This document shows, piece by piece, positions 1 through 11,567 of a stretch of DNA of 64,000 nucleotides. Within the stretch, counting starts at the first letter, position 1. Each line of letters opens with the position of its first letter. The DNA comes from Thalia democratica (lineage: Eukaryota), in assembly GCA_965202585.1 (NCBI GenBank), contig OZ241828.1:58156001-58220000 (forward strand). The letters are read 5' to 3'. The position numbers and the translations under genes were made by a program. The notes beneath the pieces were generated by a model. That model saw only the letters and a list, made by a program, of their open reading frames with translations. It was not told where the DNA came from and searched no databases.

Positions 1-613
1 ACAGTTACAGAATTGTTACTATTACTTCCAATTTCACCATCAGTAGTTGGAGTTTCAACTTGATCTGATTTATATTGGTTCTTGTCTTTTCTATTACTTT
101 TGCTGTGTAATAGTGTTCATTAAAAGTTTTAGAAAAAACAAGAAAAAAATTTGTAATCAAAGTAATATTATATTATTTAAATATCGATATTTCAATTTAA
201 CAAACAAACTTGAAATGTTCAGTTTTCAATTCTTCTTTTAAACGATTTACTTCATTAGAAAGCTTCTTGTTAGAATTAAACAAATGCTTATTTTCAATTG
301 TTAACTTTTTCACTTGATTTTGAAAGCTAATATTTTTAGCTTGCAACTTATCAATAATTTCTTTCAAATTGACCAGAAGCAAATTTGCTTGGTTTGATAT
401 ATCTTCTAGGAATAGACATACTTTGTAATTAATACCACATAAATGTAAACATTTTGAAATTAAGTAACAAATTTTTTGTTGTACATACTTTTCATATAAA
501 AACAGATAAATATATTTAAACTTTTATGTTTGTAATTATATAAATCTGATAGTCAATTAAAGTAAGTTATACTTACCTTCATCTATAAGTATGTCTTTAA
601 AAGTAGATTCCAT
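1..613 (-). CDS. Zipper-C2H2 gene, unit 0: exons 1-3 only (577-613, 210-405, 102 to window edge); zinc-finger exon lies off-window
   Basis: 37-nt exon 1 (MESTFKDILIDE, donor gtaagt), 196-nt exon 2 (EDISNQANLLLVNLKEIIDKLQ..., contains ORF 197..382) and exon 3 (KSNRKDKNQYKSDQVETPTTDGEIG...) splice in frame at GT/AG sites. Phases match units B and F. Confidence 0.8.
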
Positions 614-1205
614 TATGGACTTGATTAATATAAAAAATTATCTGTACGCAAAAAACTCTCTAAGATAGGACATAATTTGGTTTAATTTCTATACCACAAC
701 AAATTTTATAACTAAATAAGTTTAAAAGTTTCACAAACCTATCAATAAAAGTTGTGGATCTAGCTATGAAAAAATCAATAAATCAAAATTTGATTAACAG
801 TAAAAACAATCTTCAGAAACTCTTCAGAAATTTTAAGAAATCATAACCATACTAAGTTAGAACATAAAATTTAAGACGTTTCAACTATACAAATACTGTA
901 GAAACGATATATTTAAAAAAAATTATCTTAACTAATCTTTAGTGAATATTAAATAGTATTTACTTTAAAAATAATTTACTTTAAAAATAACTTTCAAAAA
1001 AATGCATTTTTGATTCACTTATAACCACTCTAATTTGTATGTGACTTTCAAACTAAAGTCAGTTTTTATCAATAATTAAAATAAATATATACAGAAAGCT
1101 ACTAAAATGGTTTAAATGAAGTAATAACTTAAACTGTGGAATATAACTTAAATTTCTGTACAAATTTTGTTTTAGTTGCTTACAACTTCAAGGATTACTT
1201 CATAG

Positions 1206-3918
1206 TTAATTTATTTTTTTATCATGATTTTTCTAATGAACTCTTAAGTTAAACATTTTATTTGTTTTATAATTACAACGACTGCAAGCAAACTTTGGTT
1301 GTTAATGAAAAACCATGTGATTGCCAAACTGATTTTTCGTTTTGAAATACCTACTTTCTGGACAAATAAAACATTTGAAAGATTTAACAACACTATGAAT
1401 TGCTTTATGTCGCACCAGATCATATTTTCGGGAAAACTTTTTATCACAAACTTGACAAGCAAATGGTTTTTCTCCAGAATGAACTCTGTAATGGACTTTA
1501 AATTTTGAATTGCTCAGAAATCAGATTTCGTGTGTTGATTGAGAGTTCTTTGCGTTAAATAACTTTTATCAGAAACTAGACAATTAAAATGTGGTTCTGT
1601 TAAAGATGTTAAGTAAAATGTATCTTATTACTTCTAAGTATAATTCTTTAGTGAAATAAAATAAATTATTTTTCATTATGTTATCATTTTGTTACTAAAA
1701 ACAATTGTTTATAGTTTTTGATGAAAATTTTGAATTATCTTTTGGTTTTAATTTTGCCACACTAATAAAAGCTTTCATTAAACTTATTATTTTAAATTAA
1801 TTTTAGCTATAGATAGAATGCTTATCTAACTTATAAATATTTAATAGAATAAAATTGATATATAGTAATATACTTGAGTATTAATAAATTTTGTACTATG
1901 TTAAACCGTTAATTAGTTTAACTTAATACTATTTATATTTGACTTACAACTTAACTCTCTATAAAAACCGAACTTTAAAAACATGTACAAGCCACTTTTA
2001 TAATTTTTTTATATTATTTACCAGTTTTTCTTATTTAAAAAAAGTAAAAACTGTTTAAAATAGTTTTGCCAATTTAGAAATTTTATACTCTTTTTAAATT
2101 AAGAAGCTAGTTAACTAAATGAAATTAATACCTATTTGTATTCTAAAAAAACTTAAACCAATTTTCTAAAAAAGTTAATGCTTGAATACTTTAATTAAGT
2201 TCCTAATTAGTAATTAATTAATCTTTTATATAGTTGCAACTTTGAAAGCAAAAATGTCTGAGTTACATCAAACCAGCCTAAGTTTATTAGAAGTTCAAAA
2301 ATCTAAAAACTTGCTTTAAAATACAAAAGCTTAAATACCTAGATAAAATGTCATCATCCTAAAAAGTACATTATATGTAAAAAGACTAGTAAAAATAACA
2401 GTTAATAAACTACAAGTGTAAAGTTAGCTGGAATAATTTTTTTAAATGTCAAAACTTTGGATCTAATTATTTTTCTTATCCTAATAGCTAATAAAAAACT
2501 TTTCTTTTCATTCTAGCGAACGGTCATTAGTCTAAAAACTATAGAAATATTTATTAGATTGGGGTTTTGTTTGTTTAGTGGTGCCCCTTAGAAAAAATTG
2601 GATTTTTTATTTTTAATTTTAATTTTTTGACTAAAGTGAAAACAAAATAAAACTATAATAATTTTTTTTTAAAACCTTCTTAATAATATGTGTATAAACG
2701 GCTATAATTTTTTTTTTTACAAATTGTCAATATTTTGTACACTTTGGCCTTAATTAAGTTTTTTAATGAATTTTTTTAATTATGAACTCAAACTCATAAA
2801 ATAAGAAAATTCATAAGAAAACCCAATTAAGGCCAAATTTTACAAAATATTGACAATTTGTAAAAAAAAAATTTATAGCCGTTTATACACATATTATTAA
2901 GAAGGTTTAGAAAAAAAAAAGTCAAATTTTTTCTAAGTGGCCCCACTCAAAAAACAAAACCCCAATCCAAAAAATACTTTTATAGTTTTTAGACAAAGGA
3001 CCCTTCTCTAGAACAAAAAAGTTTTTAATTAGCTAACAAGATAGGAAAAATAATTAGATCCAAAGTTTTGACATTTTTTTAAATTTATTCCAGCTAACTT
3101 CACACTCTTTAATAAACTATACAACAGTCACAAAATTCTGAGAATTCAAAGATTTAATCAAAGTAAATTGAAATATAAATATCACACACACCTGAGTTTT
3201 TAAAAATGTCAAAAGCAGGTCTAACCTAGTATTTGTATATCAAGTAAACAAATTAGTCTGTTTGTTGGAAACCCTGTTTTGTATAAAAATAAACGAAGTG
3301 TATTAGCAGTAAAATAAAAATATACAGATAAAACAAATAATATTATTATAAGTCAGCTTGAATAGACATTTAAGTGTCTTAAAAACTTTTAACAAAAGTC
3401 TAAAAATTTATTAAGCTATCAACTAAGTAGAGCTTTTTTATTGTAGCATTTATCACTTGCTTTATCTGCAACAAAAATATTGCACTTAAAAAACAGATTA
3501 TGGGAAATAAAAGACGTATAAGAATTACAAAACTTGGTTAGGAGTTATTGCTGATATAAACTAAGTAATACTTATCTAATTTTTATAAAATATTTTGATA
3601 ATTACTTGTCGTTTTAATTAGTTGTGTTTTTTACAAATGATATAATTTCACTCAATTTATTTTGTGTTAGTTTAACTAGGGAGTGTTTAGCATTTATCTA
3701 ATTTTGCAAGTGCGAGGATTTTTCAATAATATTCAAACTATTTAGTGAAAAATTTAAAGTTAAAAATTTGAAGTTAAAATAAAAAATTATACTATTATAC
3801 TCAGCATAATAGTAAGTAGTTTGGAGTTTTGAAACTAATTGTATAATTTACAACTTAATTAAATAGTAAATTTTTACTAACCTTCATCTGAAAGAAGTGA
3901 CTCACCTATGAACTCCAT
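1206..3918 (-). pseudogene. Zipper-C2H2 pseudogene, unit A
   Basis: Exon 1 at 3882-3918 (MEFIGESLLSDE|gttagt) and a degenerate exon-2 homologue near 3550-3710. The ZF exon (~1206-1600) reads HSGEKPFACQVCDKKFSRKYDLVRH... with a deletion in finger 2 and in-frame TAA and TAG codons. Confidence 0.85.
2413..3108. mobile_element. ~700-bp foldback/Mutator-like MITE inserted in an intron of unit A
   Basis: Outer inverted arms (caagtgtaaagttagctggaataa... / ...ttattccagctaacttcacactct) plus an inner inverted pair at ~2671-2755 / ~2825-2908. Flanked by the direct repeat TTAATAAACTA at 2402-2412 and 3109-3119. Confidence 0.8.
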
Positions 3919-4566
3919 TGTGATAATAAATTTAGAAAATTACTTTAAGTTATTAAAATCTGTATAAGAAACATTTTTCAAAAGAGTTTAAACATGAAAA
4001 CGAAGTTGTTGACATTGAACCAACGAATAAAAGTAACACTATTTTCATAAAAATTATATATCATCTTCTGTTAAAGGTTTGTTTTTGTACGGTGAAATTG
4101 TACTTAATATAATAAAAATTAAGTTTTATTTTATAGAAATAGTAGAATTAAACAATAGATCGTGTCACAAAAAAAGTTATATAAACTTAAACATTCACTA
4201 ACAACTGAAACTGAGTATATGTTTTAATTGTAAAGTTTTAATTGATTTTAGAAGTACATTACATTTTGTGTTTTATCGACATAAAAAAATATCTAAACAA
4301 CACTTAAAATTTTTTAAATATAATATGAGTGAAGTTATACAAATTTTTAAACGCTTTTTACCAGTTCTACACTAAAATTCAAACAATTTTTTTTACAAAA
4401 ACATATTGTTACTGTAACAAGTACTTGAAACTGTAATAAGTATAATTAATCAATAAACTATAACTTAACAATAGTCATGACAGCATTTTAGTCTTTTTTA
4501 AGCCAGAGGTTTTTTAATAAGAGTAATAGTTTCAGCAGTTACTACAATAATACAATTGCCAACAAG

Positions 4567-6796
4567 TCATGAATTTATATTAAATATTTGATTTGTCTTC
4601 TTGTTATGAGTTTTTTCATGCTTTTTAAGTGTACTTTTTCTGTGAGCTATATAGTCACAACGACTGCAAGCGAATTTCGGTTCATAATGAAATACCATGT
4701 GTTGTTTTAACCCATGATTCGTTTTGAAATATCTCTCTTCAGGACAAATAGAACATTTAAAAGATCTAACTTCACTGTGAGTTGCTTTATGTCGAACTAA
4801 TGTTATTTTTTGAGCAAAACTTCTGTCACAAATTTGACAAGCAAATGGTTTTTCTCCTGTATGAATTCTGTTATGCCTTTTAAGATCAAAGTTGCTTACA
4901 AATACTCTCGTGCAAACATCACATTTAAATGATTTTGATTCGTCATGAATTTTCATGTGCTGATTGAGATTATATTTGTATGAATAACTTCTATGACAAA
5001 CTTGACACTTAAACTTTTTGTCTGTAAGAATTGATATAATAAATTTAAAAAGAGTTTTTACTTAAATAAAGTCTATACAAACTATTCTTTCAAGTTCATG
5101 TAATTAAGAAAAATAAATAAAAATTTTTGTAAACAAATTTCAGAAAATTATGTAGTTGATTAATTTTATTTCATCAAATAACAAAAAAAAAACATACGAC
5201 TAGTTTTAGATGAGCTGTTCATTATATCACTAAGTTTCAGAATTTTTTTATCTTCAACTTGAAATGTAGTAAAATCTAAATTATTACAATTTTTAAAAGG
5301 TTTTATCTTCTGAGAATATATATTTTTTCATTGAAAATAAATATTTAACAACCTAAATTTTGCTAAAAAACTTGTTAGAGTATTAAATAAAAAACATTGA
5401 ATAATAATCTAACTCAGTCAATGTTGTAAAACTAAAATAGATTTAATTTGTTTAACAAGTTATTGTGAAAATAAAATCAACAGCAGAATTTAATTAGTAA
5501 ATTTTTTTCCAAGTTATTTTAAGCTTTTACCTGTATCATTTTTAGAAATAGAGTCTTTTTCAATTGTATGCACTTTGAATAAATCATTTTCTTCAAATTG
5601 TATATCTTTAATACAATCATAAGATTGATTAGCTTTAAAAACATTATTTGTCCATTTTGTAACAAATAAGCAATTTTTATGTATAACACACTAATAAATT
5701 ATTTATAAGTTTAAACTAGTTCAAAAGTTATTATACACACTATTTTCTTATATACTGGATGTTTCAAAAAATCTGTAGAAATAAATTACAAAATAACATT
5801 ATAAAAGACATTGTTATAACCTAACTAATTCATCCAATTTATAATAGTTAATAGTAGTTAACCAATTATAGCGCTTTAATTCTAATGTTATATAAACATA
5901 AAACTGGTTTTTTAACTAATATTTATGTTGAAAACACTATTTCATTAAAAAACATTATCATTTTAAAACACTTTCATCAAAGTTTTATTTATAATAATTA
6001 TTATAAATAAGTCAAGAAACTTACTTCTGTTTATTGTTTTTATAATAAACTTTATCTTGAAAGTTTATCTATTTGATGTCTTAAGTGGTAATAGTATTTA
6101 ATATATCAACTAGTTTAGTGTACTAAATTAGTTAATTTTTTAAAGAGAAGTTTAAGAAACTATTTGCTATACCTTTTTCTTTGTTTATAGGTGTACTAAT
6201 ACTTCTTCCAATTTCATCATCAGTATATAAAGAATCAACTTGACTTAATTTAATTTGGTTTCCATTGTTTTTAATCTTATTACTATTTCTGTAGCAAGTG
6301 TTTTGTAAACTTTAATTAATTGTTAGTAATAGCTTGTTAAACTTAATGTTCAGAAAACTCAAAAATAAACACTTACTTTTTGACTTCTGCTTTTATATCT
6401 TTTTTTAAACAATTTAATTCATTAGAGAGGTTCTCGTTTAAAATGATTAATTGCTTATTTTCGATTGTTAGGTTTTTAACTTGATTTTGAAAGTTAATAT
6501 TTTCCGCTTGTAATTTATCAATGATTTCTTTTAAATTTACTAGAAGCGAATTTGCTTGATTTGATATACCTTGAAGAAAAAAACAAGTTTGTCATCAATA
6601 CCATAAAAATGTAGACTTGTTAAAACTAAGTAACAAATTTTCAATAATGTACATAGTCTTGAATATTCTAAATACTATGCAATATTAAAAAAAAATATTT
6701 TACAATGTTTAAATTAGAAGTATTGTAATAGTGATTGTGAAGAAAGTAATTCAACTAACCTTCATCTGTAAGTAGATCTTTAGAAGTAGATTCCAT
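4567..6796 (-). CDS. Intact 5-exon gene (unit B), ~300 aa: leucine zipper + acidic linker + 5 C2H2 fingers; complement(join(4567..5021,5531..5632,6173..6288,6377..6569,6760..6796))
   Basis: All four introns are GT-AG, and exon lengths 37+193+116+102+455 = 903 nt give an open frame to TGA. Fingers: CQVC..HMKIH, CDVC..HNRIH-TGEKP, CQIC..HKATH, CSIC..HMVFH, CSRC..HEKTH. Confidence 0.85.
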
Positions 6797-7752
6797 TATA
6801 CAGTTTATTGATTTAAATAACCATCTAAACTAATATTAACAAGCATCAATAACAAAACAACATTAAGAAATAGCATTAAAAAATATATATTCAAACAAAA
6901 TATTAATGCAACGCTACAAGTAAAATAAAACGAAAATATTAACAGTAGGAATCCTTAAAAAATCAATATTTTAACTTATTATACTAACCTTAAAAAATAA
7001 ACTTCAGGCATAAGAAATATTTTATACACATACGTTGTCTTAGTTTGTTAAAACTAAAATTAACACAAAAATTAAAGTAAAGTAAAAAACTAATTAGTTG
7101 AAGCAAACTAACATAAACGTTTTTTTTCAATCTCAAAATTTGTACAATAAAATTATACATTATGAAATGAATAAATTTTTCTGTGGAGTATTTGTTTTTG
7201 TGTTCATCTTTTGTTTATACTTGTAATAGTTATAAAAATATTTTTTTTTTATAAAAACTGTATTCTACACTTTAATATAATAGTTATAATTACGAAATGA
7301 TTTAAATAATTTATTTCATAACTTATCCTAAGGAAAAATGTTTACAGTAATGACATATTTACAACGGTTATAAAAAATAACTTCACACCAAAAAAACTTT
7401 TTTTTACTATTCACTTAAAAATAACTTAACTTACCACTTTAAGAATTATCAATTCCACATAAACTCTATAGAAATAATTCTTTTGTTAATACCTTTTTTA
7501 TTTTCATAACTAAACACTTGTAATAAAACTTGCTATAAGAAACTTATTTCAAAAACCTTCTTCTATTGAAGTGTCAGAAAATAATAAGCTTAGGTTTCTT
7601 TGCAATATAAAACAAATAAAAATATTTTTGAAAACTATCGAATTCATTTAGCATGCAGCTAAATTAGTTAATTTAAACTTAAAATTTGAGATTGTACTTG
7701 TAAATCATGAATAAATTTCAGTTATTTACAACAACATAAATTTTATTGAAAC

Positions 7753-10700
7753 CTAAGTTTTCTTGTCATGAATTTTTACATGCATATTGAAATTACATTT
7801 TGTGTGAGTTTTATATTCACAATGACTGCAAGAAAATTTTGGTTCATAATGATAAACCATGTGTCTGTTTAAATTATGTTTTGTTTTGAATGATGTTTCT
7901 TCAGGGCAAATAGAACATCTAAAAGATCTAACATCACTGTGAGTTGCTTGATGTTGAACTAAATGATCTTTTCGAGCGAATTTTCTATCACAAACTTTAC
8001 AAGCAAAAGGTTTTTCTCCTGAATGCTTTCTATAATGTCTTTTAAAGTTGATTTAAAATGAAAATAATTTTAAGCAAACATCACATTTAAATGCTTTTGA
8101 CTCGTCATGAATTTTCATGTGTCGATTGAGAATTCCTTTGCCAGAAAAACTTTTTGGCAAATTTCACAACTGAACTTTTTTTCTGATAATGTATTAAGAT
8201 TAAATTATATTACTTCAACCTACATCTCTTTTTGCTGTAACTTAAAGAAAAAATAGCCAAAAAAAGACTAGTTTTTGTTATAAAGATATTAATAAGAATA
8301 TAAAATAGCCACTTTTATTTTGCTTATTTAACAAAGAAATTTTTGACGTTTTTATAAAATTATAATTATTCTTTTTTTTTAAGTACTTCAAACAGCTATA
8401 AAATTTTAAATTATTTATACACCAGTAGCACTTAAATCTATAATAAAAAAAATTCTATTTTCACAACTTATACTAACATAAAATTACAATAATAAATTAG
8501 GGATTGCTTAGCTTAGTTCAAGACATGCCAAAAGTTTTAAATTGTTGCAATAAAGTATTATAACAATTTTTAATAAATAACAATCTAAACACATTACACT
8601 TTTTTTTTATAAAACATAATTTATTTGTAGTTTTAAAGTTAATTTGTAAACATTAAGTATAAAAAATAAAAATAATAACTTTATGTAAAACTAATACATC
8701 CTTAAAATTCGAAAAGGTACATAAAAACAGTAATACAGCAATCCCTCGCTAATCTACGTTTAGTTACAAAATTTGAGTTCTAGAAAAAGAAAATTAAGAT
8801 TTTTAAAACTCTTGACAATTTCAAGTAAATACTTTTAAAATCATAGGAGGAGATACACTTTTAATAAAACTTAAATCTTTGCATGTTTTGTGTGTGCCAT
8901 CCATAACAAATTTTTTTATTTTTATGGATCTGATCATTATTACTTAAGTGTCTTAACTCCCCTTCACATTTTAAAATCCTACAAAGCTCAACTCCTTACC
9001 AAACTTAAGGTATAAAAATTCAGGACACGTTCAAAATCCACCTGCGATCAAAATCCACCAAGTCAAAGTCGAGAACCGCTTACCGAACGAGGGCAAGGAT
9101 TAGGGGTAACAGTGATAGTTAAAAATAAACAAAAAATAAATTAAAAAATTACAAAAAATATTTAAAATATATTTGTAAATAAAGAAAATGTAAAATCCAC
9201 TCAATTTTTTTTACATTTTCTTAATTTATTCCTTTTTACATTATACATTGTATTTTACATTTTACATTACATTTATACATTTTTACCAAAAATTCGTTCC
9301 TACTCAAAAATTGTTTAATCTTACTTTAATATCATGCAAGACAAGTTTAATGTTGAAAAAAAAATGTTTCTGTTCACATAAACAATTTAAAAATGTTATT
9401 TTAATCCTTGTCTTTTTAAGGGAAAATTGGCCTTACAGCACTAAACCAACGCAACTTGAATGAAAATAGTTTATTAACTTTTACTAAAAGTAGGAAAGTA
9501 TCCGAAGTGATTCAAATCAAATACATTATCAGAAAACAGAATTTATAGTAGGTAAATTTGCTACTACTCGTTTAGTTACGTTCTCTTGTTTAATTGAGAA
9601 CTTTTGATGTGGACAAAAAATATTTTCAATCAGGTTGGCAAGAGGTTACTATAATTTATTTTTAAATAAATTTATATTAAAACCAGTTCGTATGCTAAGC
9701 TACAAAGCACTTTATATTATTTTTATAGTCTATTGTGTTATTTTTAGCATTTATTAATTAAGAAATACTTTTGTAATAAAGTCTTGTATTTTTAGAAATT
9801 CCAGTTTCATCAGTATATTTTTTTTCAGTTTTTACTTTTTTTGAAACTTCTTTTAATTGGACAATTCTACCAGTTTCAATTGATCCTAAACGAATGGAGG
9901 TCATAAAATAACAATGAACATGAAAAAAGTTTTTTTAAAACAAATAATTTTATTTATTGACTTTAAAGTAAAAAACTTATTGATGTTGATTAACTGTACT
10001 CATTTTTAGCTAAATCTACTAGTAAAAATACTATTATATAACAATTAAAGTAGAAAAACAAATTATTTTTGAAGTAATATTATTTGTTTTGAAATTAATT
10101 TTAAAACTACTAAATTATAATATAGGTTTCAATTAAACACAAAGGTTACTTTATTAAAAACTAAACAGGTGCATTAAATTTTTTAAGCTATATACAATTT
10201 ATAACAATCGTCATTTTAAGTTAAATTAGTAGATAAAAAATATATAATATATTGTAAACAACAATTTCAACTTACTATTTTGTGAAGTAGAAGATTTATT
10301 AATAATTTTAACAATTTCATCATCAATAGATGAAATTTTAAATTGATCTGATTCTGCTTCATTTTTGTTTGGGTTCTCACTAAGTTATTTGACTTTTTAA
10401 TCAAAATTATATTATTAAAAAAATTATGTTTAGTTGCAGCTTGTTTAGCTTTTAATAAAATAACTAAAACAAAAACTTTAAACTTAAAATGAATTCTTTC
10501 TTTGAAAATCTTTTTTTAACATATCGACTTTGTTTGTGAGATTTTTGTTTAAAATATTTAGTTGTTCTTTCTCAAATTTTAGTTTTTCAACTTGAGTTTT
10601 GAAGTTTTTTTTTCAGATTGTAACTTATCAATTAGTTGTTTCAAATTCACAAGTATTAAATTAGCTTGGTTTTACACGTCTAAAGAAGTTAATTAAATTG

Positions 10701-10861
10701 AATTAAATTAAACCATAAAAGGAAGGATTAATAAATATCTATTTTGTTAAATATTATGGTAACTGATATTTTTTATTAGTTTGTTGATTTTTTAAAGTAA
10801 GATAATCTGAAAAAGTTTACTAACCTTCATCTGTTAAAAGTGACTGATCTATGAAATCCAT
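7753..10861 (-). pseudogene. Zipper-C2H2 pseudogene, unit C
   Basis: Exon 1 at 10825-10861 (MDFIDQSLLTDE). Exon 2 has TAA as its third codon (GAC GTG TAA). The ZF exon 7753-8182 has a 1-nt frameshift in finger 1 and an in-frame TAA in finger 2. Confidence 0.85.
9025..9130 (+). repeat. Fragment related to the GGTA-ended MITE family
   Basis: Short aaaatccac repeats are followed by accgaacgagggcaaggattaggggtaacagtgatagt, similar to the internal motif at ~35595-35715 and ~36265-36425. Confidence 0.5.
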
Positions 10862-11567
10862 AACTAAGATAAAATATCTTATCTTACTATAAATCTGCAT
10901 TAATTAACAATTTTTAGTAAATTTAAACAAGAAAACATACATGTTAATAGTAAATAAACTAAGTAATAAAAATAACGTATGAAAACATGTAAACATTTTG
11001 TCAATTACAAAGTTCATTACTTCTATAGAAATAGTAAACTTAAGCATTATAACTTTGACCTATTTGAAATTATTATCATAAAACAAATTAGACAAATTTT
11101 ATAGAAAAATTAAATGTTTGAAACTTAAGTATTTGCGTGCTAATATTTGAAACTAAGTATTCATTTTGTTTTAGTACAGTATGAAATAATCTAGATAAAA
11201 ACTTTTAGCACAATTTTGTTTGAAGATACAAGTATTTCTTTATTAGTTTATTTTAAATTAATTTGACATTCCTACTCTTTTTAACAAAATAACAAAACCT
11301 TACAAAACACCTAAAATCACACAAACATTGCAAAATAGAAAAACCTACAAACAGCAAGTTTGTTAAAACTAAACCATATAACTTCGTAATTTATTTTAAA
11401 CAACAGTTGGATAAAAATTCTCGATGAAAGGACATATGTTGGTCAAGATTGAAATTTTTATACATCATTTTAAATTAGTATCATGTTTAACTTCAAAGGA
11501 AAAAAAATCAAGCTGTTTAGTCATGCATTAGTATTAAATTAATAACATTTTCAAGAAGTATACAAAT

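Noticed and set aside
8499-8750. MITE bounded by agggattgct / agcaatccct
   Set aside because: The inverted match is only 10 bp and there is no TSD.
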